From an uncultured delta proteobacterium (GTDB taxonomy: Bacteria > Myxococcota > Kuafuiibacteriia > Kuafuiibacteriales > Kuafuiibacteriaceae), in the NCBI GenBank assembly GCA_963803435.1, contig CAWDML010000009.1:1344001-1408000 (forward strand): DNA of 64,000 nt, in the 5' to 3' direction. Within the stretch, counting starts at the first letter, position 1. The number at the start of each line of letters is the position of its first letter. The notes under the pieces are model-generated. The model saw only the letters and a program-made list of their open reading frames with translations, was not told the DNA's origin and made no database searches. Both the position numbers and the translations under genes were made by a program. Below are positions 23,252 through 38,851 of this stretch, one piece after another.

Positions 23252-24000
23252 GCGCGATCCTCCGCCGCCGGCCGCACCTCGCGCCCGCCCTCGGCCGCCA
23301 GAGCGTAGTGATCCCGGACCTCCTGGGCGGTGAGCTTGCCCCGGTGCTGGTGCGCCAGCTGGCCCCGCACCAAGACCGCGATCTCATCGGCGAGCTCCGC
23401 CGTGGTCTCCATGTCGTGCGAGATCATGAGGACGATCGCCCCCTGCCCGCGCAGCGTGTGGATCCGATCGATCACCGTGCGCGTGGAGGCGCGATCGAGG
23501 CCGGTGAACGGCTCGTCGAGCAGGACCAGCTTCGGCTCGCCGATCAGCGCGCGCGCCAGCCCGAGCCGCTGGAGCATGCCGCGGGAGAACGTCTTCGCCG
23601 GTCGATTCATCGCGTCCTCGAGGCCGAACTCGACCAGGAGCTCCCGGGCCCGCTCGGGCGCGTGCTCCACGCCGTAGAGCCGTCCGAAGAAGGTGACGTT
23701 CTCGAGGGCCGAGAGATCGCCGTAGGTGAGCGAAGAGTGGGAGAGGAGCCCGATCCGCCCCCGCGCGTCCTTGGCCCGCTCGGGCGGGAGGTCGCCGAAA
23801 TGGATCGCCCCGGACGTGGGCCGGGACAGCGTCGAGAACATCCACAGCAGCGTCGTTTTGCCGGCGCCGTTCGGCCCCAGCAGGGCGGTCACGCGGCCCT
23901 CCTCGATCGGGAGTGTGACCTTGGAGAGCGCGCGATGTCGTCCGTAGATCTTGGTGACGTTCCGCGCCTCCGCGCGTGTGAAGATCTCCGCCTGCGCCAT
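23248..24000 (-). CDS. ccmA: Heme ABC exporter ATPase CcmA
   Basis: [17 protein letters not shown] and [10 protein letters not shown]; coupled to ccmB. Confidence 0.9.
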   Translation of the reverse strand: MAQAEIFTRAEARNVTKIYGRHRALSKVTLPIEEGRVTALLGPNGAGKTTLLWMFSTLSRPTSGAIHFGDLPPERAKDARGRIGLLSHSSLTYGDLSALENVTFFGRLYGVEHAPERARELLVEFGLEDAMNRPAKTFSRGMLQRLGLARALIGEPKLVLLDEPFTGLDRASTRTVIDRIHTLRGQGAIVLMISHDMETTAELADEIAVLVRGQLAHQHRGKLTAQEVRDHYALAAEGGREVRPAAEDRA

Positions 24001-24887
24001 CACTCCGAGCTCTTCGCGAGATCGATCTCGCGCAGGACATGAGCGAGCTCCGTCATCAGCTCCTCGTGTCTCCGCTCGTACCGCTTCTCCTTGATCTTGT
24101 CCTCGCTGTAGTCGCGCTCGAGAATCTCGATGGCCCGCACGATCCGGTCGCGCCGAGACTGCGCCGAGAGAGGACCGATCTTGGAGGCGAGCTCCGAGCG
24201 AGGCTGCTGGAGCGCCCAGAACATCCAGCCTACGATCGCGATGACGACCAAGAGCGCCGCGCGCCGCGGCCAGGTGATATGGGACGGCAGGCCGTCGAAG
24301 TGGAGCTCGACCTGACCACCCGCCGGGATGGGCGCCATCGTGATCACCTGGAACTCGAGGCCGTTGAGGTCCCGGACCCGCTTGTCCAGCTGGATGTTCG
24401 AGGTGATCTCGAGCCCGTCGACGTTCTCGACGATCAACCGTGCGCTGGTGGTGCGCACCGGGAGGGTCCGGCGGATGACGGCGCTGTCCCCGTCGAAGTC
24501 GACCATGTAGGCCCCGGAGACGGTCTTGGTCCCCTGGCCGAGCGCCTCGGTGGCGTAGATCTCGCTGGCATCCTCGGCGGCGGCGAAGCCGGTGACGTCC
24601 TTGTCGAGGTTCACGCGGCGGGTCCGTGCAGGGAGCGGGAAATGGAGCTGGTCCTTCTCGACCAGGCGGCCGCTCGTGTTCTCGAGCTGCCAGCTCTCCT
24701 GGACGTGCAGGACCTCCTCGTCGATCTCGTAGATCCAGGTCAGCGTGCCCGCGACGTCGGCACCGGTGCCGCCGAGCTGGATCTGCGCGGGCGCCTCCGC
24801 CGGCTGCGACGCCGGCTGGTCGGCCGGCCGGTCGGCCGGTGGCTCGGCCTGCGCGAAGAGGATCAAGGCCAGCGCGAGCGCGTTCAT
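24000..24887 (-). CDS. Exported membrane-anchored hypothetical protein in the ccm operon
   Basis: Signal peptide MNALALALILFAQA, beta-rich periplasmic domain, TM helix and C-terminal helical SHOCT-like tail. This is the 3' half of ORF 24000..25718. Confidence 0.7.
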   Translation of the reverse strand: MNALALALILFAQAEPPADRPADQPASQPAEAPAQIQLGGTGADVAGTLTWIYEIDEEVLHVQESWQLENTSGRLVEKDQLHFPLPARTRRVNLDKDVTGFAAAEDASEIYATEALGQGTKTVSGAYMVDFDGDSAVIRRTLPVRTTSARLIVENVDGLEITSNIQLDKRVRDLNGLEFQVITMAPIPAGGQVELHFDGLPSHITWPRRAALLVVIAIVGWMFWALQQPRSELASKIGPLSAQSRRDRIVRAIEILERDYSEDKIKEKRYERRHEELMTELAHVLREIDLAKSSE

Positions 24888-25718
24888 GCGGTTCCCTCCG
24901 CGACCCGCGGAGCCTCCTTTGGCGACGCCTTCCGGGGGCGCCCGCACCCGATGCAGAAGCGGGCGTCGAGCTCGTTCTCGGCGCCGCATCCGCCGCAGGT
25001 CACGCGGGTGTCGGACAGCGGCTTCATCTCCACCTCGAGCTCGGCCCGCCGGGGCCGGCCGCAGGCGATGCAGAACTTGGCGTCCGCTTCGTTCTCGGAC
25101 TCGCAGCCGCCGCAGGCCACCCGGTCGCCGTCGAGCGGCCGCATCTCCACCGGACGGTGGTCGAACAGGCCGCTGTAGGCCCGCCGCGCCTTGCGCTCGG
25201 CGGAGGTCTCGGTGCGATAGACCTCGGACGTTTCGAGCGCCACCAGGGCCGTCTGATCGATCGGTCCGACCCGGCGCCCCAGCTTCTTGGCGACGTACCG
25301 CTCTGCCTCCCGGCGCCAATGGTCGTCGCTCTCCTTGATGCGGTGGATGATTCTGGATCGCGCGGTTCTCGGCCGTGTCGCGGAGGTGCTGGTAGTCGGC
25401 GGCGTCGACCTTGCCGACGGCCGCGTCCGCCTCGAGCTCCTTGATGCCCTGGAGCAGGAGCAGCTTCTCGTGTTCGAGGGCGGCTCGCTCCTCGTCCTCG
25501 ACTCGACCGGTGATCTCGAGCGTCTCGTCCCGCAGCGCGCCCAGCGCCTTGACCAGCATGTAGCCGGTGAAGGTGACGGCCACGCCGCAGGCGACGAAGA
25601 TGAGCGTCGACGAGAACCCGTAGGTCTTGCCGATGATCGCCGCGACCACCGCGATGCCGACGAGGGCTTCGACGACGAGGATCCCGCGATCGATGAGTCG
25701 GCTGCTGCCTGCTGCCAT
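24884..25718 (-). CDS. Membrane protein with CcmI-like N-terminal segment and double zinc ribbon (frameshift ~25351)
   Basis: Two TM helices and EKLLLLQGIKELEADAAVGKVDAADY. After the frameshift: CGGCESENEADAKFCIACG and CGGCGAENELDARFCIGCG. Confidence 0.7.
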
Positions 25719-26275
25719 CAGTCCAGATCCTCGAGCTCGCGCTTCAGGAGCTCGCGATCCTCCTCCCCGTCGACGTCATCCTCCGGTTCGGACGTGGAGG
25801 CAAGAGGCCGGGAGGCCTGGGTGCGCCGGAGCGCCCGCATCCCGAAGGCGAAGAGCGCCGCCAGGAGCAGCAGCCCACCCCCGTACGGGATCAGCCAGGT
25901 GAGATCGCCGAGGGTGCCCGGCGGCTTCGGGAACGCCTTGCTCCCGTAGGACTTCTCGTACGCGGCGATGATCTCGTCGCGACTCTTGCCGGCCACCAGC
26001 GCCGCGCGGATGACCCGCATCGCCCCTGCCGCCCAGCCGCAGTCGCAGTTGGCCACCGTGAAGCGCGGGCACGTCCCGCAGAGACAGACGACCTCGTCCC
26101 CGATCTGCTCGGAGTACGCCTTCAGCGAAGGCGTCAGCACGATCTCCTTGTCGGGATCGACTCCGAGGATCCGGGCGGGCGCGTTGACGTCGTCGCCGCC
26201 GTCGTGTTGGGCCCGCGCGGGAGCGGGCGAGCCGAGTATGGCCAGGAGTGGAACGGCCAGAAGAAGGGCGCGCAT
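25718..26275 (-). CDS. ccmH: Cytochrome c biogenesis protein CcmH
   Basis: Signal peptide, VVCLCGTCP...CDCGWA, GKSRDEIIAAYEKSYG and TM helix LTWLIPY; downstream of ccmF. Confidence 0.8.
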   Translation of the reverse strand: MRALLLAVPLLAILGSPAPARAQHDGGDDVNAPARILGVDPDKEIVLTPSLKAYSEQIGDEVVCLCGTCPRFTVANCDCGWAAGAMRVIRAALVAGKSRDEIIAAYEKSYGSKAFPKPPGTLGDLTWLIPYGGGLLLLAALFAFGMRALRRTQASRPLASTSEPEDDVDGEEDRELLKRELEDLD

Positions 26276-26288
26276 GGTGGATCCGGTT

Positions 26289-28337
<2,049 letters not shown>

Positions 28338-28389
28338 GCTTCACCGAACCGTCTACGCAAGAATTTGATTTCGCGCAAAGGCAGCTGCG

Positions 28390-28836
28390 TCAGTACGTGC
28401 CCTTGTTTTTCATCTCGGCCTCGTACTTCGACGGGCATTTGGCGAGGAGATCGTTGGCGACGAAGACGTTGTCCGGACCGAGGCTGCCCGTAACGATGAC
28501 CTCGGCGTCATCCTTGAACGTATCGGGGACGACGCCTTGATAACGGACCGTCACGGTGCTCTGCGCGTACTGCGGATACTTGATCATCGCAGGGACGGGG
28601 AGGACGTCGAACTGATACTCGAGGCTGCCCTTCTTCTGGAAGATCGTCCCCTTCTGCACGTGACCGCCCATGCGAATGTTCTTGCCGGCGAGCTCGGCCT
28701 TCTGGGCGAGGACCTGATCGGCGGTGTGGAAGTACGTGAGGGCCTCGGGATCTGCGAAGAGCGTGTCGCCGAGCAGGTACGTGGCCGCGGCGCCCACGAC
28801 CACGACTGAGGCGACAATCTTCAGAGTCTGTGACAT
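28390..28836 (-). CDS. ccmE: Heme chaperone CcmE, CxxxY variant
   Basis: TM anchor, IRMGGHV, VRYQGVVPDTFKD, LLAKCPSKY; SD GGAGG upstream of ATG 28836. Confidence 0.92.
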   Translation of the reverse strand: MSQTLKIVASVVVVGAAATYLLGDTLFADPEALTYFHTADQVLAQKAELAGKNIRMGGHVQKGTIFQKKGSLEYQFDVLPVPAMIKYPQYAQSTVTVRYQGVVPDTFKDDAEVIVTGSLGPDNVFVANDLLAKCPSKYEAEMKNKGTY

Positions 28837-28932
28837 CTCGAATCCTCCGTTACGCAAGTTGCGCGCCAGTCGATGCTGGGCCCATAGTGCGCCGGGCTCA
28901 CCCGAAAGCCAAGCGTCCAAGTCACCGGAAGC

Positions 28933-28944
28933 CGAAACGTTTCG
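28933..28944. promoter_or_regulatory. Perfect 12-bp palindrome CGAAACGTTTCG in the divergent ccmE/engB intergenic region (possible operator)
   Basis: Direct reading; the A/T-rich core resembles LacI-family operators. Confidence 0.35.
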
Positions 28945-28998
28945 TTCCCGATCCGAACCTCTCATGGATACCATCTTTCGGGTCCAGTTCACCCAGCG

Positions 28999-29592
28999 AT
29001 GAGGAGTCGATTCATCATCTCCTGCCCGAGCGCCGATGCATGCCCTGATCTCGGGCAGCCCGAGTTTGCGCTCGTCGGTCGATCCAACGTCGGCAAGAGC
29101 TCTCTCCTCAACGCGCTGGTGGATCACAAGATCGCGCGGACGAGCCGCACGCCCGGTCGCACGCAGCTCATCAACCTCTTCGAGGTGGCCACCGGAAAGG
29201 CGACGTTCGTCCTGGCGGATCTCCCGGGCTTCGGCTACGCGCGGGCCCCGAAGGCGGTGACACGGACGTTCGCGCCGCTGATCGACGCGTACGTCGAGCG
29301 GCGCGCCCCGCTGGTGGCCGTCCTCCTCTTGGTCGACGTAAGGCGAGGTGCTGAAGAGGAGGAGATCGCCCTCATCCGGCGGATCCAGAAACGCCCCGGG
29401 CTGATCCCGCTGGCGGTCGTGACCAAGCTGGACAAGCTCCCCAAGGCCCAGCGACGCCCTGCGCTGCATCGAATCGCGAGGGCGCTCGATCTCCCGAAGG
29501 AAGGATGCTTCGGCACCAGCGTCGCCCGTCGGGAGGGTCTCGCGACGCTCCGTGACACGCTGTCGACCTTGTCGGCCGATCGTCCGTATTGA
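28999..29592 (+). CDS. engB: Ribosome biogenesis GTPase EngB/YihA/YsxC
   Basis: GRSNVGKSS, TPGRTQ, DLPGFGY and TKLDK. Confidence 0.93.
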   Translation: MRSRFIISCPSADACPDLGQPEFALVGRSNVGKSSLLNALVDHKIARTSRTPGRTQLINLFEVATGKATFVLADLPGFGYARAPKAVTRTFAPLIDAYVERRAPLVAVLLLVDVRRGAEEEEIALIRRIQKRPGLIPLAVVTKLDKLPKAQRRPALHRIARALDLPKEGCFGTSVARREGLATLRDTLSTLSADRPY

Positions 29593-29624
29593 CCTGGGTT
29601 TACACACGAACGTAGACGCATGGG

Positions 29625-31187
29625 ATGGCTCTCGCCCTGCGCCTGTTTTCCGTGGGCGCCCTGACGCTCGCGACGGCGGCGCCCGCCTTTGCGGATCCGC
29701 CGAAAGTGCTGGTTCTTCCTTATCAGCAGCTCTCGAAGAAGATGCCCGAGGATCTCGGTGAGGCGACGACCGTCGTCGTCACCAAGGAGATGTCGCATGG
29801 CGGGATCGCGGTGATCCGCGCCGAAGACGTGACGGACGGTCCCGCGACGAAGTCCGCGAAGGGATCGGCCGCCTCGAACGCGCCGACCGGCGATCCGCAA
29901 GCGGGCGGCAAGGCCGAGCGCCTGATCGTCCAGGCCAAGAGCGCGATGGAGGACTCGGACTTCGACGGCTCCGCCAAGACGCTCAAGAAGGCGATCAAGC
30001 TCCTCGAGGACAACGCGGACGCGGTACCGGATCTGCGACTGCTCTCGGAGGCGTATCTCCAGCTCGGCGTCACGTACTTCCGCGACGGGCAGGAGGACGA
30101 GGGCGACGAGATGCTGACCAGGGCGATCCATCTCGATCCCGAGCGCAAGCTCTCGGAGTCCGACTACCCGCCGATCTTCATCAAGGTGTTCGAGCGGGGG
30201 CGCTTCAACGTCCTGCGCCGGCCGCGCGCGCAGATCGAGGTCAAGGCCAAGGCCGGCGCCCAGGTGCTGCTGGACGGCCGCAACATGGGCAAGGCGCCCA
30301 TCGAGCTCAAGGAGGCGCTCCCCGGAGAGCACTGGATCCGGGTGGAGCGGCCGGGCGATCCGCCCCAGGTGAAGAAGATCCAGGCCCGCGGCAAGACCAC
30401 GCTGGTGGTGGAGTTCGAAGGCGGGGAGAGCGCCAAGGAAGAGAGCGCCCCGGTGGGCGTGCTCGGCGCCATCGCGCGGAACGAGATTGGCAAGGAGCAC
30501 GTCAAGCAGCTGGCCGGCGCCGGTCGCCGCGCGGGCGCGGACTTCGTGATGTTCGGCGCGATCTTCGCCACCGATACCGCCTATCAGATCCGGACCGCCT
30601 ACGTGCGGGTCAAGGACGGCAAGGTCGGCCGGCTCCTCGACGTCGCCTTCGATCTCGACATGCTGTCGGCGGAGATCGAGGTCTTCAAGCTGGCCGAGGA
30701 CGCGAAGAAACAGACCGAGGGTGAGCTCACCCGCGCGGTCACCGAGCCGACGTTCGCGCTGGCCCCCGACTTCAAGTCGGGAGGCGCGTCGTCGAAGCGT
30801 GTGCTCGCGGGAACGAGCGAGACCCGGATGTCGTCGGCGGTGGCGGCGCCCGCCCCGATCAAGCCGCCGGAGTCGCTCTACGCCGCGGCGCCGCCGGAGC
30901 CGCTGGCCACCGCGGACGCCAAGAGCCCGACCCCGGCCGCGCCGCCGCCGAAGGCGCAGGTGCTGCCGAAGGACGAGATCGCCGCGGCCCCCCGGTCGGA
31001 CAGTGGAGGTCCGGTCACCGCCGCAAACCTGGTGATCGACGATGAAAAGGGCGACGACAAGGGTGGATCGAAGTGGTGGATTTGGGCGCTGGTCGGAGTC
31101 GCGGCCGCGGGTGCCGTGGCGGCGAGCGGTTACGCGATCTACGCGAGCCAGGGATCGAACGAGGGTTCGCTGCAGGTGAGGTGGTGA
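29625..31187 (+). CDS. Exported TPR + PEGA domain protein with C-terminal hydrophobic segment
   Basis: Signal peptide, TPR-like helices, GAQVLLDGRNMGKAP...PGEHWIRVE (PEGA), Pro/Ala linker and KWWIWALVGV. Confidence 0.78.
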   Translation: MALALRLFSVGALTLATAAPAFADPPKVLVLPYQQLSKKMPEDLGEATTVVVTKEMSHGGIAVIRAEDVTDGPATKSAKGSAASNAPTGDPQAGGKAERLIVQAKSAMEDSDFDGSAKTLKKAIKLLEDNADAVPDLRLLSEAYLQLGVTYFRDGQEDEGDEMLTRAIHLDPERKLSESDYPPIFIKVFERGRFNVLRRPRAQIEVKAKAGAQVLLDGRNMGKAPIELKEALPGEHWIRVERPGDPPQVKKIQARGKTTLVVEFEGGESAKEESAPVGVLGAIARNEIGKEHVKQLAGAGRRAGADFVMFGAIFATDTAYQIRTAYVRVKDGKVGRLLDVAFDLDMLSAEIEVFKLAEDAKKQTEGELTRAVTEPTFALAPDFKSGGASSKRVLAGTSETRMSSAVAAPAPIKPPESLYAAAPPEPLATADAKSPTPAAPPPKAQVLPKDEIAAAPRSDSGGPVTAANLVIDDEKGDDKGGSKWWIWALVGVAAAGAVAASGYAIYASQGSNEGSLQVRW

Positions 31188-31189
31188 AG

Positions 31190-32761
<1,572 letters not shown>

Positions 32762-32779
32762 TCCAACCCCCGTTCCCTT

Positions 32780-35700
32780 GTGACGGGTCCCGGGACCCCG
32801 TATGACAACTTTGCGTTGCGCGGCCTCGTCTCGCTCTTGGCCGGAGCCTGGCTCTTCGGTGTGCCCGCGCTGGCCCGCGCTCAGTTCCTGATCGAGGGCG
32901 TCGTCCACGACAGCCAGAGCCTGGCCCCGCTCTCTGACGTGGTGGTGCTGGTCCTCGACGACCAGAGCGGCCTTCCGCTCTCCCCGGGGCTCTTCCGGGA
33001 TCCGCAGCAGCAGGGCCAGATCACCGGCGCCGACGGTCGCTATCGCGTCGAGCTGCAAGCTGGGTTGCAGGTGCGCCTCTCCTTCGAGCGGCCGGACGCC
33101 CGCTTCGTCTTTCCCAGCCTTCTCGCACCGCCTGCCGGGATCGCTTGCACCGAGGTCTCCTGCGAGGGTGGCGTCATCGATCCCTCCGCCACGCCGGTGG
33201 CCGGCGGTGTGTACGCGATCCGCTTCCTCACCGACGCCGTGCGGAGCGCCCGCAATAACCACGTGCCGGTCGATCCGCTGGGGCGTCTGGTGAAGCTCGA
33301 ACTCGCGGCTGACCGCGACCGCGTCGCCCGCGGCGAGCACGTCGTCTTCACCGCACGACTCGAGAACATGTCGGCCGATCCGATCGCCGACGCCGAGGTG
33401 GCGATCGTCCTCCCGCCCGCGCTCCGCTACCTGGCCGGCTCGGAGAGCGCCGGGTCGACGCCGGTGGTGCCCCGGCAGGCCGACCTGCAAATCCGCTTCC
33501 CGCTCCCCCTGGCGCCCCAGACGCCCGTCGTGCTGCGCTTCGCCGCGAAGCTCGCCGAGCCGATCCGGGAGCCGCGCGTCGTGGTCCGGGCCTCGCTGGA
33601 GCGGGGCGGCGGCATCGTCCTCGCCGAGGCGACCGCCGACCTCACGCTCGAAGGCGATCCGAACCTCGAGCTGAGCACGATCCTCGGACGCGTCTTCTGC
33701 GATCGCGCCGGTGCGGGGCGGCCCGGCTGGCAGGATCCGGAGGAGCCCGGCCTCTACGGTGCGCGCGTCTACCTCGACACCGGCTTCTACGTGGAGAGCG
33801 ACGCCGCCGGCCTGTTCTCTTTCACCGGCGTGCCGGCCGGCGAGCGCCTGCTGAAGCTCGACGTCGACTCGCTGCCGCCGAAGAGCGCGCCGCTCTCACC
33901 GATCCGACGCCAGCTGTACCTCTCGCCCGGAACACCGGGGCAGGTCGCCTTCGGGATCGACTGTCGCCTGGAGCGCTGGACGACGGCCACGCGGATCGAG
34001 CGGGCGAAGCGGGCCGAGCAAGCCGCCACCTCCTCCGCGTCGCCGCCCGCGGTGCGGACCCTGCCGGTGGCGGTGGACGCCGACAGCCGGACCGTCACGC
34101 TGGCCGAGCGGATCGACCGCTTCCTCGAGCCCACGCTCGAGGGCGCGCTGGGCCCGCGGACCATCCGCTTCGCGCCGGGATCGATCGGGCCGCTGACGCC
34201 CTCGCGGTGGACGATCCACCTCGTCGAGGTCGACGCGACCGGCGGCACCACCCGCACGATCCGGGACGAGGCCCTCACCGGCCGCGGCTACCCGCCGCTG
34301 TTCGTCGAGATCCCCGGCGATCCGCCGCCGCTCGGGCACGCCTACCGGGCCACCCTCGAGCTCTTGGCGGGCGACGACGATCGAGCCACCTCGGCGCCGC
34401 TCGAATCTGTCGCCGCCCCTCGAGGCGAAGCCAGCGCATGCGATCGGACAGGTCGAGGAGCGGTCGCTCGCCGACGGGCTCGGCGTGGTCAGGAGCGCGC
34501 TCGCGCTGGGACCGGAGGAGCGCATCGTGATCGAGGCGCACTGGGACAACGCCGAGGGCCCGGAGGTCGCGCGCGCGAACGCCCAGGCGCTCGGCGAGCG
34601 GGCCAAGGCAATCCTGACCGAGCTCGGGATCCCCGCCAATCGCATCGACGTGGTCTCGCGCGGCTCCGAGGCGCCGCTGGTCCCGAGCACGATGGTGGGC
34701 CTGCGGGCCAGGAACCGCAGGGTCGAATCCTGCGCGCGACGCCCGCACGGCCGAGGCCTCCCCCGCCCGAGGTCGAGTCCCGGCATCTCGAGATCGAGGT
34801 CGACCTGAAGCGCGCGACGGTGCCGCTCGTCAATCGAATCCCAGGTCGAGCTGACGATGAATCTGGATGTCCCGGCCCAGGTGGAGCTCGTCTTCCACGA
34901 CGGCCGGGGCGGGATCGCCTTCATGCGGCGCGTGGTCGCGCACGACCTCATCTCGCGAGCCGGCCAGCGGGAGGCGGTGGAGCCGTCGCTTCGCGCGGAG
35001 CCTCGCGCGCTCGAGCTGGGACCGAATCACGTGGCCGCTCCCTCAGACCCCGATGCGACTCACCGGGGTCCGGCTGGTCTCGCCGCCGGGCTTGATCGCG
35101 ACGCTCGGCGATCGCGAAGGCGTGGTGCGCTGGCGGCTGGAGGTGCGCGATCCGCTGCACGATCGCCGGCTCGCGGTGATCGAGGCGGAGGGAGAGCCGC
35201 CCCCCGAGGTGGAGCTCGCGTTCACTGCCAGCGTGGCGGGCACACTGATCGCGACCGCCGAATATCCAGGGGGCGTCCGGTTTCGCTCGCGACCGGTACC
35301 GCTTCCGCCGTGGTCGCCGGACGTCCGCGAGACGACGATCTCGGGTCCAGCCCTCCGCGATCCCAGCGGAGCGCTGGCCGACCTGATCGAGCGTGAGCTC
35401 GACTCGCTGTCCGCCAAGATCGCCGTGCGGATCGACGGAGGCACCGAGGCCCAGCGCGCGCGGGTGCTAGCGGCGCTCTCCGAGCTGCCGTTGATCGAGA
35501 CGCCGCCAGCCCGTCTCGAAGGCGAGCTGACGCTGACGGCCCGCCTCGTCTACGACGAGTCGGTCGAGCTCCCCCGCCGCGAGAGCCGGGAGAGGTGGAG
35601 CACCTGGGGCTCCCTCCGGCGGACAATCTGGAGATGGAGGTCAGCGGCACGGTGCTCGCGATCGAGGACCCCGAGGGCAATCTGATCGTGCCCCTGCCCG

Positions 35701-38700
35701 AGCTCGAGCAGCTGGACCGCGCCGAGCCGCGCCGCCCGCGCTCGGCGGTGGAGGCGCAGCCCGAGCCGCTCGACCTCCCGGCCGCCGACGTGGAGATCAC
35801 GGTGCCCGAGGCGGGCGCGGTCCTCGGACGGACGTCGCTGCCGCTGGTCGGACAGACCCGGCCCGAGAACCGGATCCGGATCAACGGCCACGAGGTGACG
35901 CTCGACTCGAAGGGGCGCTTCTTCGACACCGTTCCGCTCAATCCGGGGCTCAATCGCGTCCGCGTCGAGTCCATGGATCCGGAGGGCAACCGGGCCGTGT
36001 TCGAGCGGAAGGTCGAGTCGAGCTCGGTCGCGTGGTTCCTGATGGCGATGGGGGACGGCACCGTCTCCACCGGCGCTGCCCGGCTCGCGGGCTCGAACGA
36101 CGACACGCGCGCCGAGCTGGGACCGCTCTCGCTGGACGGCCGCCTGCTCGCCTACGCCAAGGCGCGCTTCGCGTTCTCCGGCCCGATCGAGCACCTCGAG
36201 CTCACCGGGCGGTTCGACAGCGCGGAGCAGGGCGACTCCACGGTGCTGCGCCTCGAGGACGACCCCCTCCGGCTGCTCCCGACCTTCGGTGACGCCAGCC
36301 TCGAGATCCAGGACGGCGCCACGCGCCACAAGATCTATCTCGACCTGACCGCCGATGCGTCGCGAATCACGCTCGGCAACTCGAGCACCACGCTGGCGCC
36401 GTTCGGACCCGACAGCTTCTTCTCGTTCCGCCGGGCCGGCTTTGGCCTGCACGCCGACGTGGTCCAATCGTTCTCCGACTGGGACGAGACGAAGATCGCC
36501 GGCACCTACGGGTTCGAGAACGGCGGTGTTCGCCGGGGCCACGACGAGCTCCAGGGCACCGGCGGCAGCATGTACTGGCTCAGCCACGACGAGGTGGTCG
36601 AGGGGAGCGCGCGCGTCCGTATCGAGGTGCGCGATCGCGACACCGGCCTGGTGCTCTCGTCCATCGATCAGCTCGAGGGCAAGGACTACGAGCTCCGCCC
36701 GCGCGAGGGCCGGCTCATGTTCCGGCAGCTCCTCTCGAGCGTATCGGGCATCGCGACGACCGCCATGAATCGTTCGGTGGCTCTGACCGGCCACCCGATC
36801 TACGCCGTGGTCGACTACGAATACCTGGCCTCCGGCGCCGACGAGAAGAGCTGGGGCGTGGAGGCCAAGGAGACGCTCTTCTCACAGCTCGAGCTCTACT
36901 TCGGAGCGGCCGGTGAGGAATCGGGCCGACGGCGACCACCGCCTGTTCTCTGGAGCCCTGGCCTGGCGCCCGGGGGCCGGATCGTACCTCGAGCTCGAGT
37001 ACGCGCGCTCGAGCGGAGAGACCGGGCTCGGATCGATCTCGGTCGACGGCGGGCTCAACTACCGCGCGTTCGATCGCCCGCTGTCCGACGCAGCCCAGGC
37101 GCGCCTCGGCGATCTGAACGTTCCTTTCTTCCACGCGCTCGACCGCGAGGCGATCGGGCTGGCCGGTCACCTCGACTTCTCCGATCTGTCTGACGATCCC
37201 GACGGGCCGCGCGGCTTCATCCATCTGTACGGGCGAAAGGCCGGTCTCATGTTCTCGTCGCTCTCGGCCGGTCGCGAGCAAGGGCGCCTGGCGGGCGGGA
37301 TCTCGGCGGGCTACGCCATCACCCGCGGGCTCTCGCTCCACGCCGCCTTCGACGCTGCCTTCGCGATCCAACCCGACGCGATTGCGGCGGCCGTCGACGG
37401 CCCCGTGCCGGGCGTCTTCCGGGCGCTCGGTGTGCTGGGCGCCGACTACCGCGAGGGGAGCAACGCCGCCGGCGTCGAGGTCGCCCACCTTCGGACCGCG
37501 CTGCCGCCCGAGCGGGGTGCGTTCTCCTCGACCGGCCTCTCGGCGCGCTTCGAGCGGCGGGTCACGAAGTCGCTCTCGCTCGGCGTCGCGCAGGACGTGC
37601 TGTTCGGCGCAGACGCGCTCACGGGCGGCGGCCTCGGCAACCTCAGCACCACGGCGTTCGCCTTCTGGAGGCTGACCGGCGACCTGCAGCTCTCGCTGGC
37701 CGAGAACGTACGCTGGAGCGGCGCCAACTCGACGCAGCTGGGGCTGCGGATCGAGGGCGACGGCGGCCTGGTCACCTACGTGGCCGAACGGTTCACCGAG
37801 TCCGGCAGCGCGCCGCGCATGACCACCATCCTGGGCGCCGAGGACGAGGTCGCCGAGGGGAGCCGGACGTACGGCGAGCTCCAGATGGATGGCGGCCCGA
37901 ACCCGGAGCGGATGCGGGCGGTGATCGGGATGGACAACCGATGGCGGGTCGCGCCCGGGCTCGAGCTTCTGCTCGCGTACGAGCGGGCGCAGCTCACCTC
38001 CGGCTCGCCCCAGCCCGACGCCGCCGAGGTCTCCCCGTTCGACGCGCCCTTCGGCGGGGTCTCCGCCACCCTGGGAGGCTTCGGCGACACCGTCTCGTTT
38101 CTGCCCGGAGCGGTGTCCCGCGACGCGCTCGCCGCCGGGATCTCGTGGACCGGGTGGAAGCGCCTCGAGCTGTCCGAGCGCTTCGAGCTCCGTATCGACG
38201 ACGCGACCGCGGCGCTCGGAACCGACTACCTGATCATCGGATCGCACACCGGGCTGGCCTTCCAGCTCCACCGCGACATCACGGCGCTGGGGCGGCTCAC
38301 CCTCCAGCACGCGCGCGACACCACCAACGATCGGATCTACGCGCGCTCTCTCGAGGGCTCGATCGCCGCGATCTATCGCCCGCGGTTCGACGACTGGTTC
38401 ACGCTGGTGCTCCGCTATACCAAGCTCATCATTCAGCGGCCCGAGTCGCTCGATCCCGAGCGAACGCTCACGGACCGAGACGCGTTCTCGGCGGAGCCGA
38501 TCGTCGACACCCCCTGGAACCTCCAGCTGGTGGAGCGTGTGGCCTTCGTGAAGAACGCGCTGCAGCAGGCGAACGTCGCGCCGCTATCGGGGTGGCTGCT
38601 CTTGTGGGTGAATCGGCTGAACGCACGCTTCTTCGACGTGCTCGAGGCGGGGGTGGAGTACCGGATGCTGCTCGACCTGGAGATCGACACGGCGGAGCGC

Positions 38701-38847
38701 GGCTTTTTGGTGGAGGCCGGCTATCTCCCGGTGGAGTACGTGCGGATCGGGTTGGGATACAACTTCACGCGCTTCTCCGACGATGTGCTGCAGCTCGCGG
38801 ATCGCGATGCCGCGGGACCGTTCTTGCGCGTGACGGCCAGGTATTGA
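32780..38847 (+). CDS. Very large (~2000 aa) outer-membrane protein: carboxypeptidase-like, DUF11, SdrD-B-like, OmpA-C-like, Ig and C-terminal beta-barrel (about 6 frameshifts)
   Basis: Consecutive ORF pieces: VLPPALRYLAGS (DUF11), ILGRVFCD..GWQDPEEPG (SdrD B), GIPANRIDVVSRG...RNRRVE (OmpA-like), PLNPGLNRVRV (Ig) and a beta-signal ending FLRVTARY. Confidence 0.7.
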
Positions 38848-38851
38848 TGCT

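Noticed and set aside
29589-29618. Sigma70 promoter upstream of the PEGA gene (TTGACC-N18-TAGACG)
   Set aside because: The -10 lacks the conserved final T and the spacing is suboptimal, so it is not supportable.
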